From positions 40,548,001-40,612,000 of the forward strand of contig NC_135659.1 in assembly GCF_964188315.1 (NCBI RefSeq): a stretch of DNA of 64,000 nt. The letters run 5' to 3'. Source of the DNA: Podarcis muralis (lineage: Eukaryota). The notes under the pieces are model-generated. The model did not search any database and was not told the origin of the DNA. It was given only the letters and a program-made list of their open reading frames with translations. Shown here piece by piece: positions 27,516 to 39,669 of the stretch. Numbering within the stretch: position 1 is the stretch's first letter; each line of letters opens with the position of its first letter. The position numbers were made by a program, and so were the translations under genes.

Positions 27516-28253
27516 CAGTGTTTCCCAACCTTTTTTGGGCAAAGGCACACTTGTTTGATGAAAAAAATATCGAGGCACACCACCATTACAGCCCCGTGAC
27601 GTCAGCGCGCAGCGTCACGCCGGGAGGGACGCACGAGCTCCTTCTCCTGCTCGTTCAGGGCCGGGTTGCCGCCGTGAGGGAAGGGCGCCGGGGCGCTGCT
27701 GCTGCTGCTGCCGCCGCCGCTCCCGGCAGGCATGGGCCCAGCTGAGGCGGCGGCGGCTGTTGTGGTGGTGGCGGCGATAGCGGGCGGAGGAGGGGGCGGC
27801 GGCGGGGCCGAGGTGGCCGGCGGCGGCGGGGGAGGCGGCGGCAGGTGGAGCAGGAGGGCGGCCGAGGCCGGTGAGGGAGTAGGGTTGCCCGGGGCTTGAG
27901 GAGCCGTCGCCGGGAGTTGCTGCTGCTGTTGTTGCTGCTACTGCCCGGACATGCCAGCCTCCTCCTCGTCCGCTGTCTCGCGCTCCTCCCTTTTGCGCGC
28001 GCTGCCCCGCCGCCGCCCCATTGGCCGGGTCCTGTCAGCTGATCCTGTGTTATTTCCTGTGTGTGTGTGTGAGGGGAGAATGGAGAGAGAAACCTCGGCA
28101 CCACCACCGCGGAGCCGCCCCCGGCTCGACGCGGATCCTTGCCGCCGCCGCCCCGCCTCTCGCCGCCCGACTCGCCCGCCTCCCTCCCATGGCACACCAG
28201 GCAAGGTCTCGCGGCACACTAGTGTGCCGCGGAACACCGGTTGGGAAACACTG
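27516..28253 (-). mobile_element. Non-autonomous hAT Pack-TIR element, copy 2 (inverted relative to copy 1)
   Basis: Same 15-bp TIRs; different 8-bp TSD TTATAGAC (27508-27515, 28254-28261); near-identical interior. Confidence 0.95.
27635..27952 (-). pseudogene. RANBP9: Captured RANBP9 exon-1 fragment, longer version ending APFPHGGNPALNEQEKEL; CAG>TAG stop at codon 5
   Basis: Manual translation gives PFPHGGNPALNEQEKEL versus recalled human PFPHGDSALNEQEKEL, a non-low-complexity match. Confidence 0.9.
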
Positions 28254-28625
28254 TTATAGACAGTCTGTTAAGAGAACAAGTTGGAGGCTTAGCATGTGTT
28301 TTCCTTTACCCATACAATAGAATTTTAAAGGGAAACACTATATTCGCTTTATAGTTTAGTCTTTACTTCTCCCTCCTCCAAACTTTAGAACAATCTGTCA
28401 TTGTGGGTCAAGTAAAAAATCCCAAGATTTCATGCTGTCTCAGACAGTTCAAAATGAGGGCAGGCTTTGAACATCTCCCTAACTGAAAGATGCTTTATTT
28501 TAACAGGTCCTTTTCTTTTTTCTGCTGTTTAATGAATAAATCAATGATATTTGGGCCTTTTCTCTCTCTTTTGAGAGTGCATTTAGGAAAGCAAGCATTA
28601 TTGTATTGCATTGTAAGATGATATA

Positions 28626-28901
28626 CCATATATACTCGAGTATAAGCCGACCAAAATATAAGCCGAGGCACCTAATTTTAGTACAAAAAACTGGGAAAAC
28701 TTATTGACTTGAGTATAAGCCGGTTCACCACACCACAAACCTGGTGGTGGTGGCAGCGGCGGAGGAAGAACAAGCAGCCTGAAAGGGCTCCTTTTGGGCT
28801 GCTCGTCCCTCCACGCCGCCATCCGCCTCACTTGAGTATAAGCCGAGGGGGGCTTTTTCAGCATAAAAAATGTGCTGAAAAAGTTGGCTTATACTCGAGT
28901 A
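28626..28901. mobile_element. TcMar (Tc2/pogo-like) MITE with truncated right TIR
   Basis: TA|CCATATATACTCGAGTATAAGCCG ... GGCTTATACTCGAGTA. Confidence 0.75.
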
Positions 28902-29007
28902 AGAATTCCAACGATATTTCAGCACTCCATTCTGAAGTGTGGATCATAAAATATATTATTTATTATTATATGAGAAGTCAATGAAAACAGGTGGTATTCA
29001 ACTAAAG

Positions 29008-29137
29008 CAGGCATAGGCAAACTCGACCCTCCAGATGTTTTGGGACTACGACTCTCATCATCCCTAGCTAACAGGACCAGTGGTCAGGGATGACAGGAGC
29101 TGTAGTCTCAAAACATCTGGAGAGCAGAGTTTGGGGG
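29008..29137. mobile_element. Small hairpin-type hAT MITE (relative near 31950-32070)
   Basis: CAGGCATAGGCAAACT end; internal inverted CCAGATGTTTTGGGACTAC / GTAGTCTCAAAACATCTGG. Confidence 0.7.
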
Positions 29138-29457
29138 GTAACTGAATTAAAGAGCTGCACGAGCAAAATTAAGATCCAGTTGCACAATGGAACTTACTTC
29201 CTTTCTTGTCCATGTGCCATCCCCAAATCTGTTCTGCTGGGTTGGGGAAAGCCCCGTAACAGATCTAGTGCGGATGGGGAGAATGTTCCACTGGACAAGG
29301 AGAAATATTTGCACTGAAGCAATGTTCCTCTTAATGCTATATTGACTACAGCCCTAGATTACAATTGACATTTTGCACTAGCTGCACATGAACTCTCACT
29401 GTGCATGTTGACTTAAATTACTTACTGAAAATATTTTATATCAGCTTATAGACATAC

Positions 29458-29543
29458 CTGATGAACATTGTTGAAATGCAAAAAGGCTGGGTTGATTGAT
29501 GGGTTTACAAGGTGGGGCACACTCATGGGAGCTCCAAGGACTG
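29458..29543 (-). CDS. RAVER2: RAVER2 exon 6 (AVLGAPMSVPHLVNPSINPAFLHFNNVHQ)
   Basis: AAG/CAG tandem acceptor, CAG|gtatgt donor; 86 bp. Confidence 0.92.
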
Positions 29544-30155
29544 CTTTAGAGTAAACAGATTGTCATATTTATTATAAATCCACAGCACTTAATGCCTGTA
29601 TATATAAACAGTATAAATAATTGCTTTAAAAGCCACAATTTCCTTGCTAATTTTTAATTGTTCTGCTAGATGTGTAAATAGCTAAGTCGTCATCATTTGC
29701 ACAAAATGCTAAATCATGGTTTTGTTGGAATGAACCCAAACAAAATCGAGGGCTCCTTTCCTCTCACATATTTAGTGTCCCAGGGAAGTTCAGCTTAGAA
29801 TCTCTGCTTGTTGTTGCATACAAACCAGAGATTATGGCCTGCCACAAACTCTGGTTAGTTAACAAGGCTACCTTCAAAAGCTACGTTTTGAACATGTCTT
29901 ATTTTGAAGTCTGTTTTAAACCAGAGATCTGGTTCACATGACACAAGCTAGGTGAAAAGTGAAACTCAACATTTGTAAAGTCTCATAGGCACAGGAGAGG
30001 GAAAGAGTGGAGCACCCAAGTTTAAAGCTTTGCTTAGGCTTGTCATTAGCTTTTGCACGTAGCAATAAGCCATTGCATTACTTGCAAATTGGGCCAATGA
30101 AACTTCTTCATATGCCTTACAGTTGCTTGCACTTCACACTGGATTTGCTTTGGTA

Positions 30156-30384
30156 CAGTCATACCTCGTGTTTCGTCTGCTTCATGTTGCGTCTTTTCGC
30201 GTTACGTCCTGCGGCAACCCGGAAGTACCGGAAGGGGTCACTTCCAGGTTTCGCTGCTTGCGCATGCGCAGAAGTGCCAAATCATGCCGTGCGCCTGCGC
30301 AGACGCAGCACCTCGAGTTGTGGACATTTCACGTTACGGACGGGCCTCCGGAACGGATCCCGTCCATAACACGAGGTACCACTG
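30156..30384. mobile_element. Tigger/pogo-like MITE
   Basis: TA|CAGTCATACCTCGTGTT ... AACACGAGGTACCACTG|TA. Confidence 0.85.
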
Positions 30385-31106
30385 TATTTAGAAGCATGCA
30401 GACAAAACTGACAATTCCTCTTAGGTGCGAATTTTCCTATCTCCCACAAACCATCCCCTCCCCCCTCAGATTTAATGACAATGTGAAGTCCTTGAATGCT
30501 GATAACAATGAACACGTCCTGGCAGTTTTTGTCCAGTTGGCCACAAAGAAGAAAACACACCAATTAGAGAATGATACAGTTTAGAGTTACTTCTGCTGGT
30601 GAAAGACTATGGAAGCCAACGCAGAATCTGAAAGGGGTGAAACAAAATCTCCTTTTTGATTCTTAAGAACTGTACAGTTGCATTTAATTATGCACCAGCC
30701 ATAGCTAATATAAAGGGAAAGCACACATGAGCTTTCGGAGGGAAAGCAGAGCAAGCCAACTTTGCACACTCTGCTTGGCACAGAAATGAGTTTTCACTTG
30801 AGCAGCACACAACACAGCTTGTGCTGCTACACAAAAAGCAAATATGCAGCAGTATGGCTATCGGGCTAATTCTTGATGTTCCAGTTTTGAAAACATATTA
30901 AAGCTAGAATTAGTGAAACACAGAAAAACAAACCCTGCTGAGCAAAGTATCACCAACGCTTTTGTGGGTATTCGGAAGAGTCAACCAGTATATCCCAAGG
31001 ATGATCCAGAAAGCATTTTTTACAAAGAAAAAGAAGAGGACAGGTTCTCTTACAGATCTGTAACTGGTTCAAGGAGTCAGAACACAGGAATAAATTGAGA
31101 GTTTCT

Positions 31107-31158
<52 letters not shown>
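31107..31158. repeat. (AGCA)13 microsatellite
   Basis: Direct reading; an (AGAT)/(AGAC) array follows near 31305-31366. Confidence 0.95.
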
Positions 31159-31159
<1 letters not shown>

Positions 31160-31329
31160 TGAGGTCTTCCAAGAATATGTGAATTAGGGCCAATGCAATG
31201 CAAGGATCACAAGAACGTGGCCCCAGAACCTGTTTTTGATACAGTAAGTCTGCATTCAAAAGCCTTTACTAAGGTGGAGACTTTTACCCACTTCAGATAT
31301 ACTGTAGATAGATATAGATAGATAGAGAC

Positions 31330-31366
<37 letters not shown>

Positions 31367-31385
31367 TATATTTAAAAAATCTTAC

Positions 31386-31512
31386 CAAGTTTATTAGAAC
31401 ATCCATGTAACTGGGGCTGCAACAACATTTGTAACATCGCTGGGGTATTTAAGCTTTTCATAATTTGCACTGCATTTGGTTCAGGAAGCAAACCTTTTCT
31501 GTTGTTCCTCAT
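31386..31512 (-). CDS. RAVER2: RAVER2 exon 5 (MRNNRKGLLPEPNAVQIMKSLNTPAMLQMLLQPQLHGCSNKL)
   Basis: caag|ATG acceptor, TTG|gtaaga donor; KGLLPEPN motif; 127 bp. Confidence 0.95.
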
Positions 31513-34500
31513 CTTGAATTATGAAGAAATAGGGGAAAAAATCAGATTCTCTCCCAAGATAGAAGAAAGTTCATTTTGTAAAGCAGAGTTGCTTGCATAT
31601 AGCTGTTGAACTTCAAGTAGCTTCTCAGTCACATGTAAGACTGAACACATTGAGGAACCTTTTGTAACTCTGACAGAGACTAGAGATGCTCCCATTTTCC
31701 CTTTTAGCCATTTAGATTTCAATTACTGCATATATGCTTATTAAGGGTAAGGATCTGTGGCTGCAAGGGGCATCACTTAATGAACATTTACAAATAGGCA
31801 ATCTTATTTTTTACTCTGGAGCTTCCAAGCAGTCATGATAAGAGACAGTAAGATGAGCAGGCTGTCTTAATTATATGCACTGTCAAAGCTAATAAAAAAA
31901 ATATTAACTGTAATCTCAGATAGTCTTTTACAAATAAGCCTCTCTCAAGCTCGGGTTCCCAAATGTTTTTGGACTACCACTCCCATCATCCCTGACTGCT
32001 GCCCCTGTTGCCTATGGATGATGGGAGTGGCAATCCAACAAAATATGGGAACCCAAAGTTGAGAAAGGCTGTGATAGATACTCAAAACTGGTCTAAGAAA
32101 ATATTTAACCAAAGACAAAACTACCTATGTATTATCACAATGAAAATATTCAAAGATAACATGAAGTCCCCTTAACTATTTCACTACTACTCTATAAAAA
32201 ACCCCCTACAATGTTGTTTATTGAAAATACATGTCAACCAATCAAATCACTAGATTATGTTACTCATATCTTTCTATATTTGCCAACACCACTGATATAG
32301 ACACTTTTTAACTTTTCCTTCCTTCCACATCACTGTACTGTACCTGTCTTTGTTAATTCAGTACTTTTCAACAGGGCCCATTTTATATTTAATCCTTAAC
32401 ACAAGGCATAACCTTAAACCACACCAAATCATTGGTCCATCTGACTTAGTATTATCTAATTTTAATTGGCAGCGGTTCTCCAGGGTTCTAGACAACCCTA
32501 TCTGGAGTTGCCAGAGATTAAAATTGGGACCATTTGGTATTAGAGAGCATTGAGTCATGTGACCTTAAACATTTACTTCCAAAGGAAGCAGGAACAATAC
32601 TTGTGCATTAGGCACAGTTCAATTAGCACCAATTTCCACAAAGTATGGAAGCATAATTCCAACACAACTTTGACACACACAACCCAACTGTGTGTATTTG
32701 ACTTCAAAAGATGTCTAATCTGTCTAAAATTTCAAGAAAACGAGCAGCCAATATTTGCCCAACCCCTCCCCTCTTCTGGAACTAAGACTAATACCGGATT
32801 TTACTAGAGAATATCTTTTATCAGCAAGACCACATGATCACTACCACCAATCTGAATTGCAGCTTAACACACTGCTTCTCTGCCACAGGCCATGGTCTCT
32901 CACAGTGAGAAGAGGTCCCAGTTTCAGATCAAGGTATTGAGCCTGACTGCCGGTGTGAAAGTGTTCCAGCTTGAGAAAGATGGGCGTGTAAAACCATGGT
33001 TCTTTTTTATTCAGTGCACATTTATCTATTGATATCATTTTATTTTGAAGGAGTCAATGTTTGTATGTGTGTAACTTCCTAGTGAACTCTTAACTGTTCC
33101 AACAAAATAGAGTCTTCATGAAAGGCCTAGTCACACAGCCAATTCTCCTCGTGAGAGGACTGTGAAATCAGAAACTGGAAAATTTCCAATTTTCCAATGG
33201 GTTACCAGTGGGTTACAAGAGCACACACATCCAAGAACAAAGGAGTTGAGATTTTAGCAGCCTGTTTCCCAGCATGCCAACATTCTAATAAAAAATAAAA
33301 CTCTGTTTTTCTGATTTTGAGGTATTATTGGGCTGTGCTTCAGTGGTTTCATATGCAAAATGGAATCCCAAGGTTCTTCGTTTGAAAAAAATCTGGCTGC
33401 CATCGTAGATGTAGGTGATATGCAAGGCTTTTGCATCAGGGTCCAGTATATGAGTGCCAAAGTTGCTTTGCCCTACATGGCATCTTGCTCTTCTTTTGTT
33501 TATCAAGCCATATTCTACTCCACATTACTCATTTCTGCTACCTATTGCTTTCATTCTTCCTTTCGATTGCCATGTCATACTGGGCATTGCCAGAAGATTA
33601 AAAATTGGGTGAGAGGGAAAAGAACATTATGTCCTAAGGAAGTTTGTGAGCCACTATTACATACGCAGTGGGAATTCATTCTGATCTAAGGCTGCATACA
33701 AAAATCACAACTTCCAGTAATACCTCCCTACCCAACATTCCGAGGAATAATCTCTTATGACAAGCAAGGCATCAAAGCCTCACTCCTCATCAAGCATGAA
33801 ATTAAGCCAACTCCACTATCCTGAAATTGTTGTATACTTCTCCGCTTTTTGGCCAGTACCATGCCTACTAGCACTGCCTGTTTTTAAAATGGCATAGCCA
33901 TTTTACGGAATTACGGAAGCAATTCTTTCCAAAATTGCTTAACTACAGTGCTCTGAAGCGTCAGACAAAACTCAATAACTACCCTCTCTGGTCTTTGTGT
34001 TTTTAAATACCAAAGAGTTTAGACAAAATTAGGTAGCTAGACCTAATCCAGCAAGGGAAACATTCTAGGGATATATACAGGTGCCTTTGTCTCAAATTTC
34101 AGGAGAGATTTTATTGGCTAGTAGTTCAGCAAAAAATTGCAGGAATCACCATATACACTAGTGATGCAAACAAGGTGGGAGAGAAAACCTGGGAAAACCA
34201 CAGTGTTTATATCTAAGAACAGTTTTATCAGGAGCCCAGTTAAGAAGTAAACCAAATTGTGACTTAGCAAGAATGAGGAGCTGTGTGAGTTTCCATGGAG
34301 AAAACCACAACCGCTTTACTCCTCCGCAACTTCTGTCGCTGCCATGCTACGCAGAACTAAGTAATGATTTGGTTTAGTTCTACACACAAATATGGGCTCC
34401 TGTGTTGTCTCACTCTCAACAAACCATGAGTCTTAACCAAGGTTTGTTCATGGCTTACTGCTCATCGTTCCTTTCTGGGAGACAAACTATGAGCACAAGT

Positions 34501-34787
34501 TTACACGTAATGCTAAGCCATAATTTTGGTAGCTAAGTAGCAAAGCAGCCATGATTTGTCACATGCTCGTTCATTCTTGCCAAGTCAAGAGTGGGTATCT
34601 GCATACTTGTTCGTTCTTGCTAAATCATGACTTGGGTCAGCACTATGTATGAACAAAGCCACTAATTGCCTACCATGCCCAAAGATACAGCCATCATATA
34701 AATATATAATTCAGTTTTTTATGTCCAGGGTCCTAAATGCATTTGTCACATGTTTTTCCTTTGTGGGGGTGTGGTAGAGTCTCTTAC

Positions 34788-34979
34788 CATGCGTTGTGCT
34801 GCTATAAGTGTAGCAAGAGTTCCACGCCCTGGAGCTCCCGGAGCACAATAAGATACATGCACTCTCTTCTCTCTGAAAGTCAAGCCATCTGTGCCTTGCT
34901 GGACTTCCTCTGCCTGCTCTGCTGTCTCATACTCAACGACTGCAAAGCCATCAACCGAGCTATCTTCATCCTGAGCAAG
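34788..34979 (-). CDS. RAVER2: RAVER2 exon 4 (RRM3: LAQDEDSSVDGFAVVEYETAEQAEEVQQ...LIAAQRM)
   Basis: ttcag acceptor, ATG|gtaaga donor; within ORF 34746..35003. Confidence 0.96.
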
Positions 34980-37431
34980 CTGAAGGGACATTTCACAACA
35001 CAATGAATGAAGTACATGCTCTCTATATCAGTTTCCAGACAGCACTATATCCTTCCACCTCAAGCACGAACCACCTGTGAAAAATACTAAGTAATGTGTT
35101 TCTAAGACCAGATTAACATTGCTGATCACTCCTCCCTCCAAACTAAATTTATACACAAATATTTTGCAGATGACAGCCACACAGAACTGTACTTGAATTA
35201 CTGCTGCCCTGTCATCTAATCTCATGAAGAACTTGAGCTATGAAATAAATTTGACAGTTATTTTATGGAGCATTAAGGGACGGAATTAAACTGGGGATTA
35301 TTTTGAAACCATGGGCACATTCCCCGCCCCCCCCCTTGCATTTCTTTCCTATGGGTGAGGAATACTAATTTTTTTCACGTACAGTTCTGCTGAAAAGTTT
35401 TGCATTTTAAATAATATGGAAAACTGCAGTGGCGACATCTGCAAAATTCAATGAAATTCTAGCTGGTGGTATATATTTAGTTTTGACACCTCAGTTATTG
35501 GCGGAGGTACAGGAAACCAACTGCTTTGCACACGTGCAAATGTTAGTTTCCTTGCTTCTTTGCAGGATTGCAGCAGTCTCCCGAAAACGAACCAGAAGCT
35601 GCCTTTTAAATAGCCATGTTACAAAAGCTGTTTGCGTTTCACTAGAGGTGAGAGTTATGCTGCACTAAAGGAGGAGGAGGAGGAGGAGGAGGGGAAAGAC
35701 CTTGATATGTGGCCAGAGGAAAGAATTTGGCACATGTACCCTTCTGGATCATCACCAACAACTTAAGACTTATTTCAGTAGCCTTTACTGTCACATAAGT
35801 ATTCCCTAGGAAGATATGGATGGCGTCAGTTTTATGTAATTATCGAATCGACTAGTGAAAAGCAGGGATTGTTTGTTGGATACAATGTCCAACCAGTGTT
35901 ACAAAGCTTAGTAATACTATTAACATATGTGTCAGGCAGTCTCTGACAATATGTTACAATAAAAATAGTAAAATCAATAAAAACTAGCTGCATTTCTATA
36001 GATCTTGAAGGTTCCACATTGAACTAATTTACTTGTAGCCCATTTTCAAAACACCTAAAACGATTTTGTCTCACAGGAAATATAGAGCTCATCAGGGCTT
36101 ATTTCATGCCAGCTGAAAGCTTCTGCCCTTTGATAAACATGCACCAGCTGTTTATTCTGTCTTATGGAATCACTCTGGAACAACATTAAAAACATAATAG
36201 GTATAATCAACTGGTGCAAACCCTATCAAAATGCATTGAAGGTTCATAATAAAACCATGCCTATCAACCAAAAATATCCTAAAATATATCCTTAAGCCAC
36301 AAAGGATGCTGTAAAAAAAACACCAAACCTCAACATATTTATATACTTAGACAATAATATTGTGACAGGTCAAACAGATAGGAAGCAGTGTACATTCTTC
36401 CAAAACTACATGTAAACAAAACTGGAATAATATTTAGAAAAAAATAACATCTGTGACTAAACAGCCCACAGCTGAAATGGACTAAGACAAACGTATCTCC
36501 AACATATATTAAGAGAAGGGGCTAGTGTAAATTAGTTTAAAAGGAAGAGGTAGGGAAGAAAGAAAAATATTAAATATAAGGATGTTTCTCAGTACACTGG
36601 AAATAACTATGAACACATGGAGCAGTCTTGTGGCATCTAGACCAGTATACTGATCACTGTGGTCTCAAGCAGAAGCCCTTCTAAGTTCTGGCTTTCAATA
36701 TATTTTTAACTGGAAATCCTGGAGCTTAAGTCTGGCACCTTCTCCATGCAAACATATACTCCACCCACTGACCTATAGTCCCCTCTCCAATACTATAAAC
36801 AAGCAGTATTAAATTGTCTAATCCCATTCACCCCTTCAAAACAAAGGTGATGTTCTTGCCCCTGTCTTTTCTAGTATCCAAAGCGATTGCAAACTTAAGT
36901 CTATGGGGGAGGGGGGACAGACAACAGAGAGTTTTCTGGAATCTTGAAAAATCTTGCAGCACAAATTTTCATGAATTAGAGACAACTTCATCAGATGTCT
37001 CAATTGCTTTCCTCAGTCGGTAGGTTATTTTTACCAATTTACAGTAAATGATTTCTAAATTCCAATTTGGGGTTCTAAAATATAACATTTTTATATGTGC
37101 TGAGGGAGCTTAATTCTGTTGCTTCCGACTCCCCTCCCGTGAAAGTTTAAAATGTTTCCAAGAGTTGCTTCCTAAAACAGAAATTCTTTAAATGCAAGGA
37201 AGTGGCCCAGATGGCCTTTTACATAATTTTCAGGTGACTAATGCGGGCCAGTCATACCCAGCCCTAATAAACCTTTATACTACTATTGGAGCTGTTACAA
37301 ACGTACTATAATCATTCACCAGCTTGAACATATTAAGCTAAAAATCAAACAAAGGAAAGTCCATGTAAGGTGAGTAGTCAAACCACACAGCCCCCAAAGA
37401 CAAGAGCTGTGGCTTTAAAACTCCTACATAC

Positions 37432-37901
37432 CTGATAAAACACAGGGTTATATTTCGATGAAAAAGTTTGCATCAGATCCTCTGCATCTGTGTAGTCTGT
37501 AGGGAGGTTTTCCACACAAAGGCACTTTGAATGTATGAGTTCTGGAGTTAACTGATTGACATCCATCCACTGAGCAAAAAGGGCATTCCCACCTACTTGT
37601 TTCCCTAGAAGGTCCAACCTAGCTTTAGCTGCAGAATCCTTTTTCATGTATTCCACAAAACCATAGCCCTTCGAATACCCAGTGATTTCACTATAAATCA
37701 AAAAGTGTCTTTCAACATTGCCATAGGGCCGCACCAACTCTTCAAACTCTTGCAATGTATAGGAGCGTGGTAAGTTGGTAATGCAGAGCAGGGCATCTGT
37801 TGGCTGAAGTTGCACTGAGATTTCTTTTCCTCGAAGGGAGTATTGGTGAAACAACCGTATTGCATTCTGAGCCTGCTCTCCATTCAGTAAAGTAACAAAA
37901 G
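37432..37901 (-). CDS. RAVER2: RAVER2 exon 3 (RRM1 end, RRM2, RRM3 start: [15 protein letters not shown]...[12 protein letters not shown]...YNPVFYQ)
   Basis: RNP1 KGYGFVEY; tttcag acceptor, CAG|gtatgt donor; 470 bp. Confidence 0.98.
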
Positions 37902-38509
37902 CTGAAAGACAGTAAAAACAGCAACAGATATTTACATAGTCTACCACAATTCATCTTCAGCAACAATGTTGGCTTGTTGGATGAGCCTCAGAGCAAGGAA
38001 AGTACCGGCATTTATTACAAAGTTAGTGGTTGACTTTTGTGATGCCCCAAGATCATGATAAAATAAAACAATGGATAGTGTAAAATGTAAATCAGGGCCT
38101 ATTGCTTTTTCTTCTTCTTCCTGAATTCTGAATCAAAGGGTTTGAGAATTCACGGTTACAGTTCTCTTCACTCACAGAAAGTGGATGTTCCACTCTTACA
38201 AATGTAAGTCATATCCACATTATATATTTAAAGCACACAACTTTCCCAAAGAATCCTAGTTTGTTAAGAATGCTAAGAATTACAGCTCTGCGAAAGATAA
38301 ACTACAGTTCCCAGGATTCATTTTGGGGAAGCCATGTCCATTTCTCCGTAATCCCCTATTTAAAAATATGAGGCCTTTTCTAAGGGTTCCCCAACCCTCC
38401 GGATGAGGCTTTTTAGGGGACTGTTGGAGAGGAAGATCCCCTTGCCACCACCCTAAACATAGATAGTTCCCAGTTCTATAATAATAATGTTTATATACTA
38501 ATCACAGTA

Positions 38510-38751
38510 CAGTGGTACCTCGGGTTACATACACTTCATGTTACATACGCTTCAGGTTACAGACTCCGCTAACCCAGAAATAGTACCTCGGGTTAAGAAC
38601 TTTGCTTCAGGATGAGAACGGAAATTGTGCTCCGGCGGCGTGGCAACAGCAGGAGGCCCCATTAGCTAAAGTGGTGCTTCAGGTTAAGAACAGTTTCAGG
38701 TTAAGAACAGACTTCCAGAACAAATTAAGTACTTAACCCAAGGTACCACCG
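38510..38751. mobile_element. Tigger/pogo-like MITE family A, copy 1
   Basis: TA|CAGTGGTACCTCGGGTTA ... AGGTACCACCG|TA; similar copies at 46268 and 55006. Confidence 0.9.
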
Positions 38752-39669
38752 TACAAGCAAGGCTTACTTAGAAAATATTCTTTGTCTTTACTATGTGAGG
38801 GAATACTTTAAATATTATTAGTAGTGTGGTCAATAGCTCAAAACAAACACACCTGTATAATGTTAAATAAAAACCAAGTAACATGGGATGTACCTATTAA
38901 TTCCATGCCCCCTTCTCCCCCACCATGTGCTTTGTCAAAAATTGCCATGATGTGTCTGTGGGGGTGACTGTGCTGCCTCATGCGCTGTAACCTTTTAGAG
39001 TTATTGCTGACATATCATATTTCAATAGAGCCTTTTCCTGAAATTCAATTCCAGGAAGCTCTGGTTGCACGATTATGGTTTAAAACAGAAAACATCTTTT
39101 ATTCCAGATTGCCTATTAATCATCTGCTTCTACTGAACACCGAAGCTCAAGTAGAAGTGAAACTGAGTGGAAAGATGATACCACTGAGAATCAGGAATGC
39201 TAACATTTTCTTTCAAGCCTGAATAATCAGAGGTTACACTATCCTCAAGTCTAAAAGGTTTACTAAATAAATTATAAGCATAGTGACACTTTTTTTTAAA
39301 AAGCAGGTTTAACTGAATCGTAGCTGGGACCATCTTATACTAATTAAGCACATAGATAGATAGATTAGAGTAAGTATTACTGTATCATTAAGGCTTTGGT
39401 CTAGATACCAGCTACGCAAAGCTTTCTTATAACTTGCAATGTTTTGTAATTGAAGGGAAACAGCTGTTTCCTCATAAAACATCTGTATTGCACAATTTGA
39501 CCAATCAGGATGTGTGATACCACCACCCTTATATATTCTGTTATTCATCTATAAATATTTTTTACATATATATATATATATATATTTGCTTTCGTAGATT
39601 TTCACGGGTACAGGAATGCAGGTTTTGGTGTCCTCGGGTATCTTCCCGTGTAAAAGTTGGGGTGTCTAG

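Noticed and set aside
24210-28253. Alternative explanation: retrocopy or segmental duplication of RANBP9
   Set aside because: No polyA tail or downstream exons; each copy is bounded by TIRs and its own 8-bp TSD, with unrelated flanks.
29198-29313. Possible cryptic RAVER2 exon (cag ... gtaagt) in intron 6
   Set aside because: 116 nt (frameshifting), weak pyrimidine tract, no recognisable homology, and not needed for the protein.
30587-30781. VLKNQKG resembling the start of RAVER2 exon 5
   Set aside because: The true exon 5 is at 31386-31512; the rest of this ORF does not match.
33285-33689. Protein-like ORFs on both strands (also 31519-31722, 54167-54409)
   Set aside because: No recognisable domain or coherent splice structure; consistent with chance intronic ORFs. 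A BLASTx search would settle it.
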